Source of the DNA: Chloroflexota bacterium
GTDB taxonomy: Bacteria; Chloroflexota; Anaerolineae; DTLA01
Direction of reading: 5' to 3'
DNA length: 64,000 bases
Assembly (NCBI GenBank): GCA_014874485.1
Contig: JADBJK010000011.1
Coordinates: forward strand, 144,328-208,327
Shown here: positions 40,004 to 50,279 of the stretch, piece by piece
How the letters are laid out: each line of letters begins with the position of its first letter
How positions within the stretch are numbered: position 1 is the stretch's first letter
Notes under the pieces: model-generated
The model's database searches: none
Seen by the model: only the letters and a program-made list of their open reading frames with translations
What the model was told of the DNA's origin: nothing
Program-made: the position numbers and the translations under genes

Positions 40004-40923
40004 AGAAGGCCCGAATCTCCCGCCGCGACTTTCTGAAGAGCCTGGGGTTGGGCGCGGCTGCGGCTGCTGCGGCATCGGTTCTGCCTGGCGCTGCGGCGCA
40101 GGCTGCCGAGGAGACAGCAGGCGCGACCTGGGGGATGTTGGTGGACCTGACCCGCTGCACCGGCTGCAACTCCTGCGCGCTGGCCTGCAAGGAGGCCAAC
40201 GGCCTGCCGCAGATTCCCGGCAAGGTGCCCACCGCCCTGGACGCCGACACGTACACCTTCGTGGAGGCATTCCAGGTGGCGAACCTGCGCGGCGAGATCG
40301 TTACCCGCTACGTCAAGCGCCAGTGCATGCACTGCCTGGAGGCAGCGTGCGTCTCGGCCTGCCCGGCTGCCGCCATGCACAGCAGCGGCGAAGGCCCCAT
40401 CATCTACCGCGCCAGCCGCTGCCTGGGGTGCCGGTACTGCGAAGTGGCGTGTCCTTTTGGCATCCCGCGCTTCAACTGGGACAACAGCATCACGCCCAAG
40501 ATCAACAAGTGCTGGATGTGCTACGAGCGGCTCAAGGAAGGCGAGGAACCTGCCTGCGTGAGCGCCTGCCCCACCGGCGCGATCCGCTTCGGCCGGCGCG
40601 AGGACCTGCTGGTCCAGGCCCACGCCCGCATCGCCTCGCACCCCGACCGCTACATAGACCACGTGCTGGGCGAATCGGAGGTGGGCGGCACCTCGGTGCT
40701 GTACCTCTCCGACGTGCCGTTTGACCGCCTGGGCTTCCCGGCCAACTTGCCGCAGGTCGCCCCTCCCAAGCAGACCGAGAAGATTCTGTACAAACTCCCT
40801 TACGTGATCTTCGGGATGGCGGCGTTCATGACCGGCACGGCGCTGTACACCCACCGGAAGCCGGCAGCAACCGTGCCGGTGGAAGCCGACGCCGCAACCG
40901 AGACCCCGGACAAGGAGGCGTAG
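39991..40923 (+). CDS. Tat-exported 4x[4Fe-4S] protein (HybA/HmcB-like)
   Basis: SRRDFLK; CTGCNSC..C, CMHC..C..CP, CLGCRYC..CP, CWMC..C..CP; C-terminal TM. Confidence 0.92.
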   Translation: MDDLEKARISRRDFLKSLGLGAAAAAAASVLPGAAAQAAEETAGATWGMLVDLTRCTGCNSCALACKEANGLPQIPGKVPTALDADTYTFVEAFQVANLRGEIVTRYVKRQCMHCLEAACVSACPAAAMHSSGEGPIIYRASRCLGCRYCEVACPFGIPRFNWDNSITPKINKCWMCYERLKEGEEPACVSACPTGAIRFGRREDLLVQAHARIASHPDRYIDHVLGESEVGGTSVLYLSDVPFDRLGFPANLPQVAPPKQTEKILYKLPYVIFGMAAFMTGTALYTHRKPAATVPVEADAATETPDKEA

Positions 40924-40926
40924 CCC

Positions 40927-42255
40927 ATGGGCGAGATCATCACCTATCCGGCATTCTGGATCGTGGCCGCGTTGAGCATCGGCATCCCGGTGGTGTTCCT
41001 CGCCGGGGCGCGGTTCTTGGCGGTGCGGCTGGCGGGCCGGTCGCAGGGCGCGGCCGCCGCTGCAGCCGAGGGCATCGTCATCACCGTGCCGCGGGTCCGC
41101 TCGCCCTGGAAGGTGCTGCGCGACCTGGTGCTCATCGGCGTGATGGCGACCGGCACCGCCATCATCCTGGTGCGGTTCATGTTCGGCCTGGGTGCGGTAA
41201 CCAACCTCAGCGACCGGTTCCCGCTGGGGTTCTGGATCGGGTTTGACGTGATGAGCGGCGTCGCGCTGGCCGCGGGTGGGTTCGTCATGGCGGCCACCGT
41301 GCACATCTTCCGCATTCACCGGTTTGAGCCGCTGGTGCGCCCCGCGATCCTCACGGCGTTCCTGGGCTACCTGCTGGTCATCGCCGCGCTCCTGGTGGAC
41401 CTGGGCCGGCCCTACAACGTCTGGCGGCCGCTGGTGCACTGGCAGTACCACTCGGTGCTCTGGGAGGTGGGCGTCTGCGTCGCCACGTACACGACGGTCC
41501 TGTTCTTTGAGTTCCTGCCCGTCATCCTGGAGCGCGTGAACCGGATAGAGGCCATCACAAAGCGCCTGCCGACCGTCGCCTTCTACCGCTGGCTCAAGAA
41601 GGTGTCCATCGTGTTCATCATCCTGGGCGTGGTGCTGTCCACGCTGCACCAGTCTTCGCTCGGCTCCCTGTGGGTCATCGTCCCGCAGAAACTGCACCCG
41701 CTGTGGTACTCGCTGTACCTACCAGTGTTCTTCTGGATGTCGGCGGTGGCGGTCGGGTTCGCCATGACCATCGTGGAGTCCAACCTGAGTTCCCGCGCCT
41801 TCAAGCGGGGGCTGGAGCAGCCCCTGCTGGCCGAACTGGGGCAGATCGCGTCGGTGGTGCTGGCGGTGTACCTGGTGGCGCGCGTCGCGGACATCACCGC
41901 ACGCGGCGCATGGCCTCGCGCCTTTGAGCCGACGCTCCAGGCCGCTTCGTTCTGGGTGGAGATGATCGCGGGCGTGGTTGTCCCCATCATCCTGTTCGCC
42001 GTGCCGTCGCTGCGCCGCAACCCCAAGGTTCTGTTTGCGGGCGCGTCGCTGGTCGTGGCCTTCGGCGTGGCGCTCAACCGCCTGAACGTGTCGTGGATCG
42101 GCCTGTTGTCGTACACGGGCAACATCTACAGCCCGTCGTGGATGGAACTGGTGGTAACCGTTACCCTCCTGGGGTTCGGCGTGCTGGCCTTCTACCTGGC
42201 GGCCAAGTACCTGCCCGTCTTCCCCGAAGAGGGCGCGCACAAGGCCCAAGAGTAG
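40927..42255 (+). CDS. NrfD/PsrC family membrane subunit (HybB/HmcC-like)
   Basis: GVALAAGGF, DLGRP, STLHQSSLGSL, LHPLW. Confidence 0.92.
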   Translation: MGEIITYPAFWIVAALSIGIPVVFLAGARFLAVRLAGRSQGAAAAAAEGIVITVPRVRSPWKVLRDLVLIGVMATGTAIILVRFMFGLGAVTNLSDRFPLGFWIGFDVMSGVALAAGGFVMAATVHIFRIHRFEPLVRPAILTAFLGYLLVIAALLVDLGRPYNVWRPLVHWQYHSVLWEVGVCVATYTTVLFFEFLPVILERVNRIEAITKRLPTVAFYRWLKKVSIVFIILGVVLSTLHQSSLGSLWVIVPQKLHPLWYSLYLPVFFWMSAVAVGFAMTIVESNLSSRAFKRGLEQPLLAELGQIASVVLAVYLVARVADITARGAWPRAFEPTLQAASFWVEMIAGVVVPIILFAVPSLRRNPKVLFAGASLVVAFGVALNRLNVSWIGLLSYTGNIYSPSWMELVVTVTLLGFGVLAFYLAAKYLPVFPEEGAHKAQE

Positions 42256-42385
42256 CTGACCATAGGGAAAGTGTCCCGTTGTCATTGCGAGCGAAGCGAA
42301 GCAATCCCGCGTTCGGAGATTGCTTCGGGACGCTGCGCGCCCTCGCAATGACACACGATCAAGAATCGCCGTGGCAGAGTACTGG
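42250..42385. mobile_element. Short MITE-like element copy
   Basis: Both termini plus one TGTCATTGCGAG..CTCGCAATGACA unit, directly at the nrfD stop. Confidence 0.7.
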
Positions 42386-42585
42386 CCCCCGACGGTCTCG
42401 CTTCTCTGCGGGCGGGCTGCCTTCCGTGGTAGCCCGCCCGTCTTGTCGTGATTTTACACTTTCATCACAAGCCTCTAATGTCCCTTTCATGTACCCGCGC
42501 GCGGCTCGTGATACAATAATGGCAGTTCGCGTCGCGGAATTGGGGCATTCGCCCAGGCCGCGCCAGCTTCACCATGGAGGGCGGT

Positions 42586-44007
42586 ATGCAGAAGAGAACC
42601 ATTTGGATTATCGTCCTGGTCGCCGTGCTCGTCGTGGCGGCCATCTTCTGGGTCAACCGCTGGAATGCGGCCCGCAAGGCCAGCGCCACCGCGCCCCAGA
42701 CGTCCACCGTGCAGCGGGGAAACCTGCAGGCCATCGTGGGGACGTCGGGCACCGTGCGCGCAGCCCAGTCCATGGACCTGACTTTCGGCGTTGCCGGCAC
42801 CGTCGTGGAGATTCTGGTGGCCGAGGGGGACCAGGTCAAAGCAGGGCAGCCGCTGGCCCGCCTGGACACCACGACGCTGGAGGCGCAGGTCGCCAGCGCG
42901 GAACTGTCGCTGCGCCTGGCCGAGAAGAACCTGGAGGACTTGAAGTCGCCGCCCACCGAAGTTGAACTCGCCCAGGCAGAAGCGGCCCTGGCCAGCGCCA
43001 AGGCGGCCTACGAAGCCGCCAAGGCCAAGCCGGTGGAGTGGCAAATCGCCCAGGCCGAGGCCGCGCTGGAAAAGGCACGCAAGACGCTGCAGGAGGCTCA
43101 GGCGGCCTACGATGCCGTCTCGTGGCGTCCGAATATCGCCATGCTCCCGCAGGCCACGCAACTGCAGCAGGCGACCGAAGCCTATCAGACCGCGCTGGAC
43201 AACTATCGCATCGCCATGGCCAGCGTGAGCGACGCCCCCATCAAGAGTGCCTACGCGCAACTCCTCCAGGCCCAGCAAGCCTATGACAAACTCAAGTCCG
43301 GCCCGACCGAGGAGGAACTCCTGAGCGCCGAAAATCAGGTAACCCAGGCGAAACTCGCGCTGGACACCGCGCGCAAGAATCTGGAAAGCGCCACCCTCAG
43401 GGCGCCCTTTGACGGCACCATCACCGCCGTCAACATTATCACGGGCCAGACGGTGGCCGCGAACACGGTCGCCATGTCCATCGCCGACCTGGATCATCTG
43501 CAAATCCAGGCCAACCTGCCCGAGGTGGACGCCGTGCAGGTGAAGGTGGGCCAGCGCGCCGAGATCACCCTGGACGCCCTCTCCACGCAGACGTTGAGCG
43601 GCCAGGTGAGCAAGATCGCGCTCATCGGCACCGTTACCCAGGGCGTGGTCAACTATCCGGTTACCATCAGCCTGGATTCCACCGACCTGCCGGTGAAGCC
43701 GGGCATGACCGCCAGCGTCAGCATCATCGTGGACGAGCGGAAGAACGTCCTCATGGTGCCCAACCGCGCCGTGCGCTCCCAGGGCGGCAACCGAGGGTAC
43801 TACGTGGAGGTCATGGTGGAGGGACAAATCGTACAGGTGCCGGTTACCATCGGCCTGAGCAACGGCTCCATGACCGAGATCACAAGCACCGGCCTGCGCG
43901 AAGGGGACACGGTCGTCGTGTCCAGCACCACAACGACCACCAGCAGCCGTATCCCGGGCGTCGGGGGTGGCTTCTTCGTAGGCGGCCCCGTGGGGCCTAG
44001 GGACTAG
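42586..44007 (+). CDS. MacA/HlyD-type efflux adaptor subunit
   Basis: VAEGDQVKAGQPLA, LRAPFDGTI, KPGMTA. Confidence 0.92.
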   Translation: MQKRTIWIIVLVAVLVVAAIFWVNRWNAARKASATAPQTSTVQRGNLQAIVGTSGTVRAAQSMDLTFGVAGTVVEILVAEGDQVKAGQPLARLDTTTLEAQVASAELSLRLAEKNLEDLKSPPTEVELAQAEAALASAKAAYEAAKAKPVEWQIAQAEAALEKARKTLQEAQAAYDAVSWRPNIAMLPQATQLQQATEAYQTALDNYRIAMASVSDAPIKSAYAQLLQAQQAYDKLKSGPTEEELLSAENQVTQAKLALDTARKNLESATLRAPFDGTITAVNIITGQTVAANTVAMSIADLDHLQIQANLPEVDAVQVKVGQRAEITLDALSTQTLSGQVSKIALIGTVTQGVVNYPVTISLDSTDLPVKPGMTASVSIIVDERKNVLMVPNRAVRSQGGNRGYYVEVMVEGQIVQVPVTIGLSNGSMTEITSTGLREGDTVVVSSTTTTTSSRIPGVGGGFFVGGPVGPRD

Positions 44008-44138
44008 AAGTTGACCACAGAAAAAAAGTGCCCGCTGTCATTGCGAGCGAAGCGAAGCAATCCCTCGCTCGGAGATTGCTTCGGGCGCCGCGCCCTCGCA
44101 ATGACACACCATCAAGAATCCCTGTGGCAGAGTACTAG
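44004..44138. mobile_element. Minimal 135-bp MITE-like element bounded by CTAG at both ends
   Basis: CTAG 44004-44007 (macA stop) and CTAG 44135-44138; imperfect terminal inverted repeats. Confidence 0.8.
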
Positions 44139-44180
44139 CCCGTGTCTGGCAGTGCTCGGGAGGCACGAGGAGAAAGCCCT

Positions 44181-44873
44181 ATGGCGCTAATTGAGATAGA
44201 GAACGTTACGAAGGTTTACCGCATGGGCGAGGTGGAGGTGCACGCCCTGCGCGGCGTCTCGCTGGCGATTGAGAAGGGCGAGATGGTCGCCATCATGGGG
44301 CCGTCCGGCTCGGGCAAGTCCACGCTGATGAATATCCTGGGGTGTCTGGACAAGCCCACGTCGGGCGTGTACCGGCTGGACGGCGTGGACGTGGGCAGCC
44401 TGGACGACGACGCCCTGGCGCGAATCCGCAACCGCAAGATCGGGTTCGTGTTCCAGACGTTCAACCTGCTGCGGCGCACGTCGGCGCTGGCCAACGTGGA
44501 ACTGCCGATGATCTACTCGGGCAACGGCAACCGGCGCGAGCGGGCGCTGGCGCTGTTGGCGTCGGTCGGGCTGGCCGAGCGCGTTCACCACCAGCCGACG
44601 CAACTGTCGGGTGGCGAGCAGCAGCGCGTGGCGATTGCGCGGGCGCTGGTCAACGAGCCGTCCATCATCCTGGCCGACGAGCCGACGGGGAACCTGGACA
44701 GCAAGGCGGGCGCCGAAATCATGGCCATCTTCCACCGCCTGCACCGCGAGCAGGGGCAGACCGTCGTCCTGGTAACCCACGATCCACTCATCGCGGCCCA
44801 GGCCCAGCGCATCATCCGCCTGCGCGACGGCCTTATCGTGGATGGCGACGGGGCGCAGGAGGAGGCAGCATGA
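44181..44873 (+). CDS. ABC ATPase (MacB/LolD type)
   Basis: [27 protein letters not shown]. Confidence 0.95.
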   Translation: MALIEIENVTKVYRMGEVEVHALRGVSLAIEKGEMVAIMGPSGSGKSTLMNILGCLDKPTSGVYRLDGVDVGSLDDDALARIRNRKIGFVFQTFNLLRRTSALANVELPMIYSGNGNRRERALALLASVGLAERVHHQPTQLSGGEQQRVAIARALVNEPSIILADEPTGNLDSKAGAEIMAIFHRLHREQGQTVVLVTHDPLIAAQAQRIIRLRDGLIVDGDGAQEEAA

Positions 44874-46105
44874 ACGTTCAAGAGAGCCTTCGGACGGCGA
44901 TCACAAGCCTTGCGGCCAACAAACTGCGGTCGTTTCTGACCATGCTGGGCATCGTCATCGGCGTGGCCGCCGTCATCGCCATGCTGTCCATTGGGCGGGG
45001 CGCGCAGGCAGCCATCACCAGCCAGATCACCAGCATGGGCACCAACCTGCTGTTCGTCAGGCCGGGCGCGGCCAGCCAGGGCGGCGTGCGCATGGCGCAG
45101 GGGTCGGCGGCCACGCTGACCTACGAGGACGCGCTGGCGCTGGCCGCGGCGCCGTCGGTGGCGGCCGTCGCGCCCGAAGCCTCTACGTTTGGCCAGGTGG
45201 TGTATCTGTCCAACAACATCAACACGCAGATCACCGGCGTTACGCCCGAATACGAGCAGGTACGCAACATGCCGGTGGAGTACGGCTCGTTCATCACGGC
45301 GCAGCACGTCGCCGCGCGCAGCCCGGTGGCGGTCATCGGCGCGAATGTGGCGGCGGAACTGTTCAACGGCGACGACCCGCTGGACAAGACCATCCGCATC
45401 AACGGGCAGAACTTCCGGGTCATCGGCATCCTCAAGGCCAAGGGCGGCACCGGCTTCGGCGTGGTGGACGACCGCATCCTGATTCCGCTGACCACGCTGC
45501 AGAGCCGGTTGGCGTCCAGCGGGCGGTTCCGCGGCGGGAACACCATCCAGACCATCAACGTCCAGGTGGTCAGTGAGAAGGTAACCGACCAGGCCGTTGA
45601 GGAGATTAGCGCCATCCTGCGCGAGCGCCACAACATCCTGTACGAGGACGACTTCACCATCACGTCGCAGCAGGATACGATAGAGGCGGCCAACCAGATC
45701 ACGGGCATCCTCACGGTGTTCCTGGGCGGCATCGCGGCCATCTCGCTCCTCGTGGGCGGCATCGGCATCATGAACATCATGCTGGTGTCGGTTACGGAGC
45801 GCACCCGCGAGATCGGCATCCGCAAGGCCGTCGGCGCGCGGAAACGCGACATCCTGGCCCAGTTCCTGACCGAGGCCACCCTGCTCAGCGTGGTCGGGGG
45901 GCTGGTAGGCATCCTGGTGGGCTACGGCATCTCGCGGTTCATCACCGGCATCAACTTGGGCAACACGCAAATCAGCGCCGTGGTGAGCGCCGACTCGGTG
46001 CTCCTGGCGACGCTGTTCTCGGTGGCGGTGGGGCTGTTCTTCGGGATTTTCCCGGCCCAGCGCGCCGCCGACTTGAATCCGATTGAGGCGTTGAGGTACG
46101 AGTAG
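44870..46105 (+). CDS. ABC permease (MacB/FtsX type)
   Basis: [41 protein letters not shown]. Confidence 0.95.
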   Translation: MNVQESLRTAITSLAANKLRSFLTMLGIVIGVAAVIAMLSIGRGAQAAITSQITSMGTNLLFVRPGAASQGGVRMAQGSAATLTYEDALALAAAPSVAAVAPEASTFGQVVYLSNNINTQITGVTPEYEQVRNMPVEYGSFITAQHVAARSPVAVIGANVAAELFNGDDPLDKTIRINGQNFRVIGILKAKGGTGFGVVDDRILIPLTTLQSRLASSGRFRGGNTIQTINVQVVSEKVTDQAVEEISAILRERHNILYEDDFTITSQQDTIEAANQITGILTVFLGGIAAISLLVGGIGIMNIMLVSVTERTREIGIRKAVGARKRDILAQFLTEATLLSVVGGLVGILVGYGISRFITGINLGNTQISAVVSADSVLLATLFSVAVGLFFGIFPAQRAADLNPIEALRYE

Positions 46106-46212
46106 CCTCTTGCCGTTAGCCAATAGCCCTTGGCCGACAGGCAGTGCTTTGTGCCTGCACCCATGGCTAAAGGCTATCGGCGAAAGGCTAACGGCTATCA
46201 CGAGGAGGACAC

Positions 46213-46659
46213 ATGAAGAAGAACATCCTGTGGATTGCGTTGGCAGTCGTGCTCATCGTGGGCGCGGGCGTGGGTGGCTACTTCTACGGCGTGGAGCAGG
46301 GCAAGGCCCAGGCCGCCAGCGTCCGCGAGCGGTTCATCGCCGAGCGGTTCGGCACCGCCCAGCCGAACGGGCAGGCCGCGCCAGGCCAGTTCTTCGGCGG
46401 GCAGGGCGCAACCGGCCGCACGGGCATGGGTGGCCGCGGCGCGACCGGCACCATCAAGGAGATTCAGGGCAACACCATCCTGGTCAGCACCGCCGAGCAG
46501 GAACTGAAGGTGCAGGTTACCGCGGACACGCGCATCACCCTGACCACGCAGGGCAGCATCTCGGACCTCAAAGTCGGCGACCGCATCATCATCGGCGGCC
46601 AGACCCAGGGCAACACCATGACCGCGACGCAGATTCAGATCATCCCGAACATCCCGTGA
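46213..46659 (+). CDS. Membrane-anchored small OB-fold-like (DUF5666-like) protein
   Basis: N-terminal TM; GTIKEI, DLKVGDRI..G, ATQIQI. Confidence 0.7.
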   Translation: MKKNILWIALAVVLIVGAGVGGYFYGVEQGKAQAASVRERFIAERFGTAQPNGQAAPGQFFGGQGATGRTGMGGRGATGTIKEIQGNTILVSTAEQELKVQVTADTRITLTTQGSISDLKVGDRIIIGGQTQGNTMTATQIQIIPNIP

Positions 46660-46724
46660 GGTTCCACGCCAGGAGCGGCGCATTCCCCGGTGGGTGCGCC
46701 GCTCCCTATCCTCTCCGCCCAGCT

Positions 46725-46894
46725 TACCTTTGGTCCACAGAGGAGATTATCCGCTGTCATTGCGAGCGAAGCATCTCGGTCGCCGAGATTCTTCGGCGCT
46801 GCGCGCCTCAGTAGGGACAATTCATGAATTGTCCCTACGGGCGTTGCGCTCCTCGCAATGACATGCCATCAAGAATCGCCACGGTGAAGCACTA
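46725..46894. mobile_element. MITE-like element copy with 28-bp palindrome
   Basis: Palindrome 46811-46838; terminus coincides with the response-regulator TAG. Confidence 0.7.
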
Positions 46895-47545
46895 CGGCTC
46901 AATCAGCCCCTTGCGGATGGCGTATTTGGTCAGTTCAATGCGGTTGTGCAGGTTGAGTTTCTCCATGATGTTGGAACGATGGCGCTCCACAGTCTTGGTG
47001 CTGATGTGCAGCGCCAGGGCAATCTCCTGGGTGGTGTACCCTTCGGCGATAAGGGTGAGCACTTCGCGCTCGCGCTCGGTCAGGCCGTCGTAGGTCTCCT
47101 GCTCACCCCCTTCGCGCACGCGCCGCATGTAGTCTTCCACCAGCGAGCGCGCCACGGTGGGGTACAGGTACACGCCGCCGCTCTGCACCGCGCGCACGGC
47201 CTCGGCCAGGGCCATGGGCGCGGCCTTCTTGGGCACATACCCCGACGCCCCCGCGCTCAAAATCTCAAAGAAGTACTGCTCGTTGTCGTACATGCTGAGC
47301 ACCAGGATGTTGCACTCCGGGTGCTTCTTCTTGATCTGCCGCGTCGCCTCAAACCCGTCCATATCGGGCATGACGATGTCCATCACCACGACGTCGGGCT
47401 TCAGTTCGTCGGCCAGCCGCACGGCCTCCCGACCGTCCCCCGCCTCGCCCACGATTTGCAATTCGGGGTCGGTCTCCAGCAGCATGCGCACGCCCGCACG
47501 GACGATGGCGTGATCATCCACCAACAGGATGCGTATCGGGCTCAT
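46892..47545 (-). CDS. NarL/LuxR family response regulator
   Basis: LVDDH, MDIVMP, LTEREREVL, HRSNIMEKL. Confidence 0.95.
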   Translation of the reverse strand: MSPIRILLVDDHAIVRAGVRMLLETDPELQIVGEAGDGREAVRLADELKPDVVVMDIVMPDMDGFEATRQIKKKHPECNILVLSMYDNEQYFFEILSAGASGYVPKKAAPMALAEAVRAVQSGGVYLYPTVARSLVEDYMRRVREGGEQETYDGLTEREREVLTLIAEGYTTQEIALALHISTKTVERHRSNIMEKLNLHNRIELTKYAIRKGLIEP

Positions 47546-49505
47546 GGCCCACCTCCTGAATCAGGGGGACTTCCACGGTGATGCGCGTGCCGGCGCCCGG
47601 ACGCGAGTCAATCGCCATGCTCCCGCCCAGGCCCTCGGCGCGCTCCTTCATGCCGAGAAGCCCCCACGCCGGCCGCGGCGACAGCGGGTCCATCGCCGCC
47701 TGGGGATCAAACCCCGCGCCGTCGTCCTCCACCACCAACAGCACCCGCCCCGGCTCCGCCCTCAACGAGATGCGCACGTGCTTGGCGTTGGCATGCCGAA
47801 TGATGTTCTTCACCGATTCCTGCGCAATTCGGAAGAGTTCCACCTCCAGGTGGGGCGGCAGGCGGGTCTTTCCCAACGACAGTTTCAACTCCACCGACGG
47901 CAGGCGGTCCTTGTTGGATTCCACCAGCCAGCGCAACGCGGCGACCAGCCCCAGGTCGTCCAGCAACGTGGGGCGCAGGTCGGCGATGAGGCGGTCAATC
48001 TCGTCCATCGCCTGCAAGCCCACCTGGAGCAAGTCCTTGAGCCGCTGCTCGGCCAGGTACGGATCCGAGGCGACGGTGGCCTGCAACGCGCCCAAGCCGG
48101 TAACCAGGGCGGTGAGCGCCTGGCCGGTTTCGTCGTGCAGTTCGCGGGCGATGCGGCGGCGCTCCTCCTCCTGCGCGGCGACGACCCGTTCCAGCAGCCT
48201 GCGGAGCATCTGCTCGCGGCGCTGGACCTCGCGGTAGAGCCACGCTTTCTCCATGCCGACGGCGACCTGATTGGCCAACGCCTGGGCCTGCTGCAGTTCG
48301 CGGTCGGTGAAACGCCCCTCCTCGCTCTGGTTCGCCAGGCTCATGACGCCCAGCACCCAGTTCTCGGAGCGCAAGGGGACGCACAGCACGCTGGGCAATT
48401 CGTCGCTCATGGTCGCCGCGCCGCGTCCCGACCGCATGACCTGCTCGGCCAATTCCAGCGCGCGGGAACAGGGGGTGTCAATGCCGGTGCATACCTTGGT
48501 CTCCAGTCTGCCGGTGGCGGGGTTCGTTACCAGGATGCACCCGCACTCCACGCCGTCAAACAGGTCCACGATGCGCTCAATGGCCTCCTTGGCCAGCGTG
48601 TCCATATCCAGGCGCGACGCCACGATGCGGGTTGTTTCCAGCAGGGCCGAGAGTTCCCGCGCCAGGCGCGACAGTTGGGCGGTGTGCTGTTCGGCCTCGC
48701 GGCGGCGGGCGGCTTCGGCTTCCAGCGCGGCCATCTGGGCACGCAGCAGCATCTGGCGTTCGGCCTGCTCGGCGACGCCCAAAGCCCGAACGATGCCGCA
48801 GGTCTCGGCCGCCAGGGCCGCCGCCCGGAAGAACTGCACGGGGATGCCGAACGCGCCGGCGAACCACACGTCGTTGATCACTGAGGCTGGCCAAAGAACG
48901 CTGCGCGGGCCTGTGATGCTGTCAAAGACGGCGAACCAGATGGCGGCCCAGGCCGCGGTCAGCATGTGGTTCCCGAAGGCGCTCTGCAACTTGGAGGCCA
49001 TCTCCCGCCGCTGGAGCCAGAAGGCGTAGGCGGTCAGCGCGCCGGCGGGCAGCCCCAGCGTGTACCGCGCCCACACATCCGCGGCCCGCGTCCAGGTGGC
49101 CACGTCGGCGATAAGCAGGCGCATGACGACCGCCCCCGCCAGCCATACCCCCGCCAGCGCGGGCAGTACCCACCGCCGCCAGTCCCGCCGAGGGTCCACC
49201 CGCTGCCAGATGATGAGCCCGTAGATGACCAGGAGCAGGTACGCCGCCACGAGGAGGACCAGTTCGGACACGCCCGTGCCCTGGCGGGCCGGCAGGCCAT
49301 GCAACTGGCTATCCAGTACGCCGAGGTCCATCCACTTCTTGATGGCGCGCAGGAACGCCGCCGCCGCGATGAGCGCCAACGGCCGGCGATAGGGGTAGTC
49401 GTGGGCGCGGCCCATCTGCAGCGCGACCGACAGGCCCAGCGCGAAGAACGCCAGGCCCGACAGAAAGTACGCCAGAACCTCGCTCTGCAATTCCACCGTA
49501 GCCAT
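47514..49505 (-). CDS. Membrane GAF-domain histidine kinase (HisKA_3)
   Basis: ~7 TM, GAF, RIARELHDETGQ, EDDGAGF, GLLGMKER. Confidence 0.93.
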   Translation of the reverse strand: MATVELQSEVLAYFLSGLAFFALGLSVALQMGRAHDYPYRRPLALIAAAAFLRAIKKWMDLGVLDSQLHGLPARQGTGVSELVLLVAAYLLLVIYGLIIWQRVDPRRDWRRWVLPALAGVWLAGAVVMRLLIADVATWTRAADVWARYTLGLPAGALTAYAFWLQRREMASKLQSAFGNHMLTAAWAAIWFAVFDSITGPRSVLWPASVINDVWFAGAFGIPVQFFRAAALAAETCGIVRALGVAEQAERQMLLRAQMAALEAEAARRREAEQHTAQLSRLARELSALLETTRIVASRLDMDTLAKEAIERIVDLFDGVECGCILVTNPATGRLETKVCTGIDTPCSRALELAEQVMRSGRGAATMSDELPSVLCVPLRSENWVLGVMSLANQSEEGRFTDRELQQAQALANQVAVGMEKAWLYREVQRREQMLRRLLERVVAAQEEERRRIARELHDETGQALTALVTGLGALQATVASDPYLAEQRLKDLLQVGLQAMDEIDRLIADLRPTLLDDLGLVAALRWLVESNKDRLPSVELKLSLGKTRLPPHLEVELFRIAQESVKNIIRHANAKHVRISLRAEPGRVLLVVEDDGAGFDPQAAMDPLSPRPAWGLLGMKERAEGLGGSMAIDSRPGAGTRITVEVPLIQEVGHEPDTHPVGG

Positions 49506-49857
49506 CCTTCCGGTTTTGTGCGGCGTGCCATTTGTGCGCCGCCGCACAAGCAGTATAGCAGGGGTTTGCCGACGGCGCAACACGCGCAGTTGTCCACGGG
49601 TGCATTTCCATTTTGGGGCGAGAATGACCGAACGTCGTTAGGTCGCTGAGCGGAATCTACCTCGCCTATCCCCACCCCGGCCCTCCCCTTTCCTCTCCGC
49701 GGGCGGAGAGGAAAGGGGAGGGTGCGGGAGGGGTTAGGTGAGGTCAGGCGGCGACAGCGGATTTCGTTGGATGTGGAACGGCTCACGACGCTGCTACGAG
49801 GTGCCTATTGCAGCACGCTGGTCCCCGAACCGAAGTGCACCCCACCGCCCGCGAATT

Positions 49858-49886
49858 TTGACACATCCCGCGACCTATGCTAGAAT
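49858..49886 (+). promoter_or_regulatory. Sigma70 promoter of T-box/ileS
   Basis: TTGACA-17-TAGAAT. Confidence 0.85.
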
Positions 49887-49904
49887 TCCTGTAACCGAAT
49901 ACGC

Positions 49905-50172
49905 GAAGCAACGGCGATGATGGAAACGAGTAGTCGGGCGGAGCCGCCCAGCGAGTCCGGGCCTGGTGCAAGCCGGATGCGCGAACCCCGACGAAAATCC
50001 TTCCGGAGCCGCCAACCGAACGGAGGCAACTCCCAGTAGACTTGGCCGGGGCGCGCCCGTTACAGCGGCGGGGGTATGAACACGTACCCACAGAGCGGAC
50101 AGGCTTGCCTGTCAACCGGGGTGGTACCGCGGGAGTCAGACTCTCGTCCCTATGGGGCGGGAGTTTTCTTTA
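49905..50172 (+). ncRNA. T-box riboswitch, Ile specifier (AUC)
   Basis: AGTA and GNUG motifs, GAAA-ATC at 49997-49999, CCCGTTA, GGTGGTACCGCG at 50120, terminator with U-tract. Confidence 0.93.
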
Positions 50173-50279
50173 TGTGTTGCCGTTGGCCTTTAGCCGTTAG
50201 CCTTTCGCCGGGCGCCAGACCTGATACGGTTCGCTAGAGGCTATGGGCCAATGGCGAAAGGCCTTTTTGGAGGAATCCC

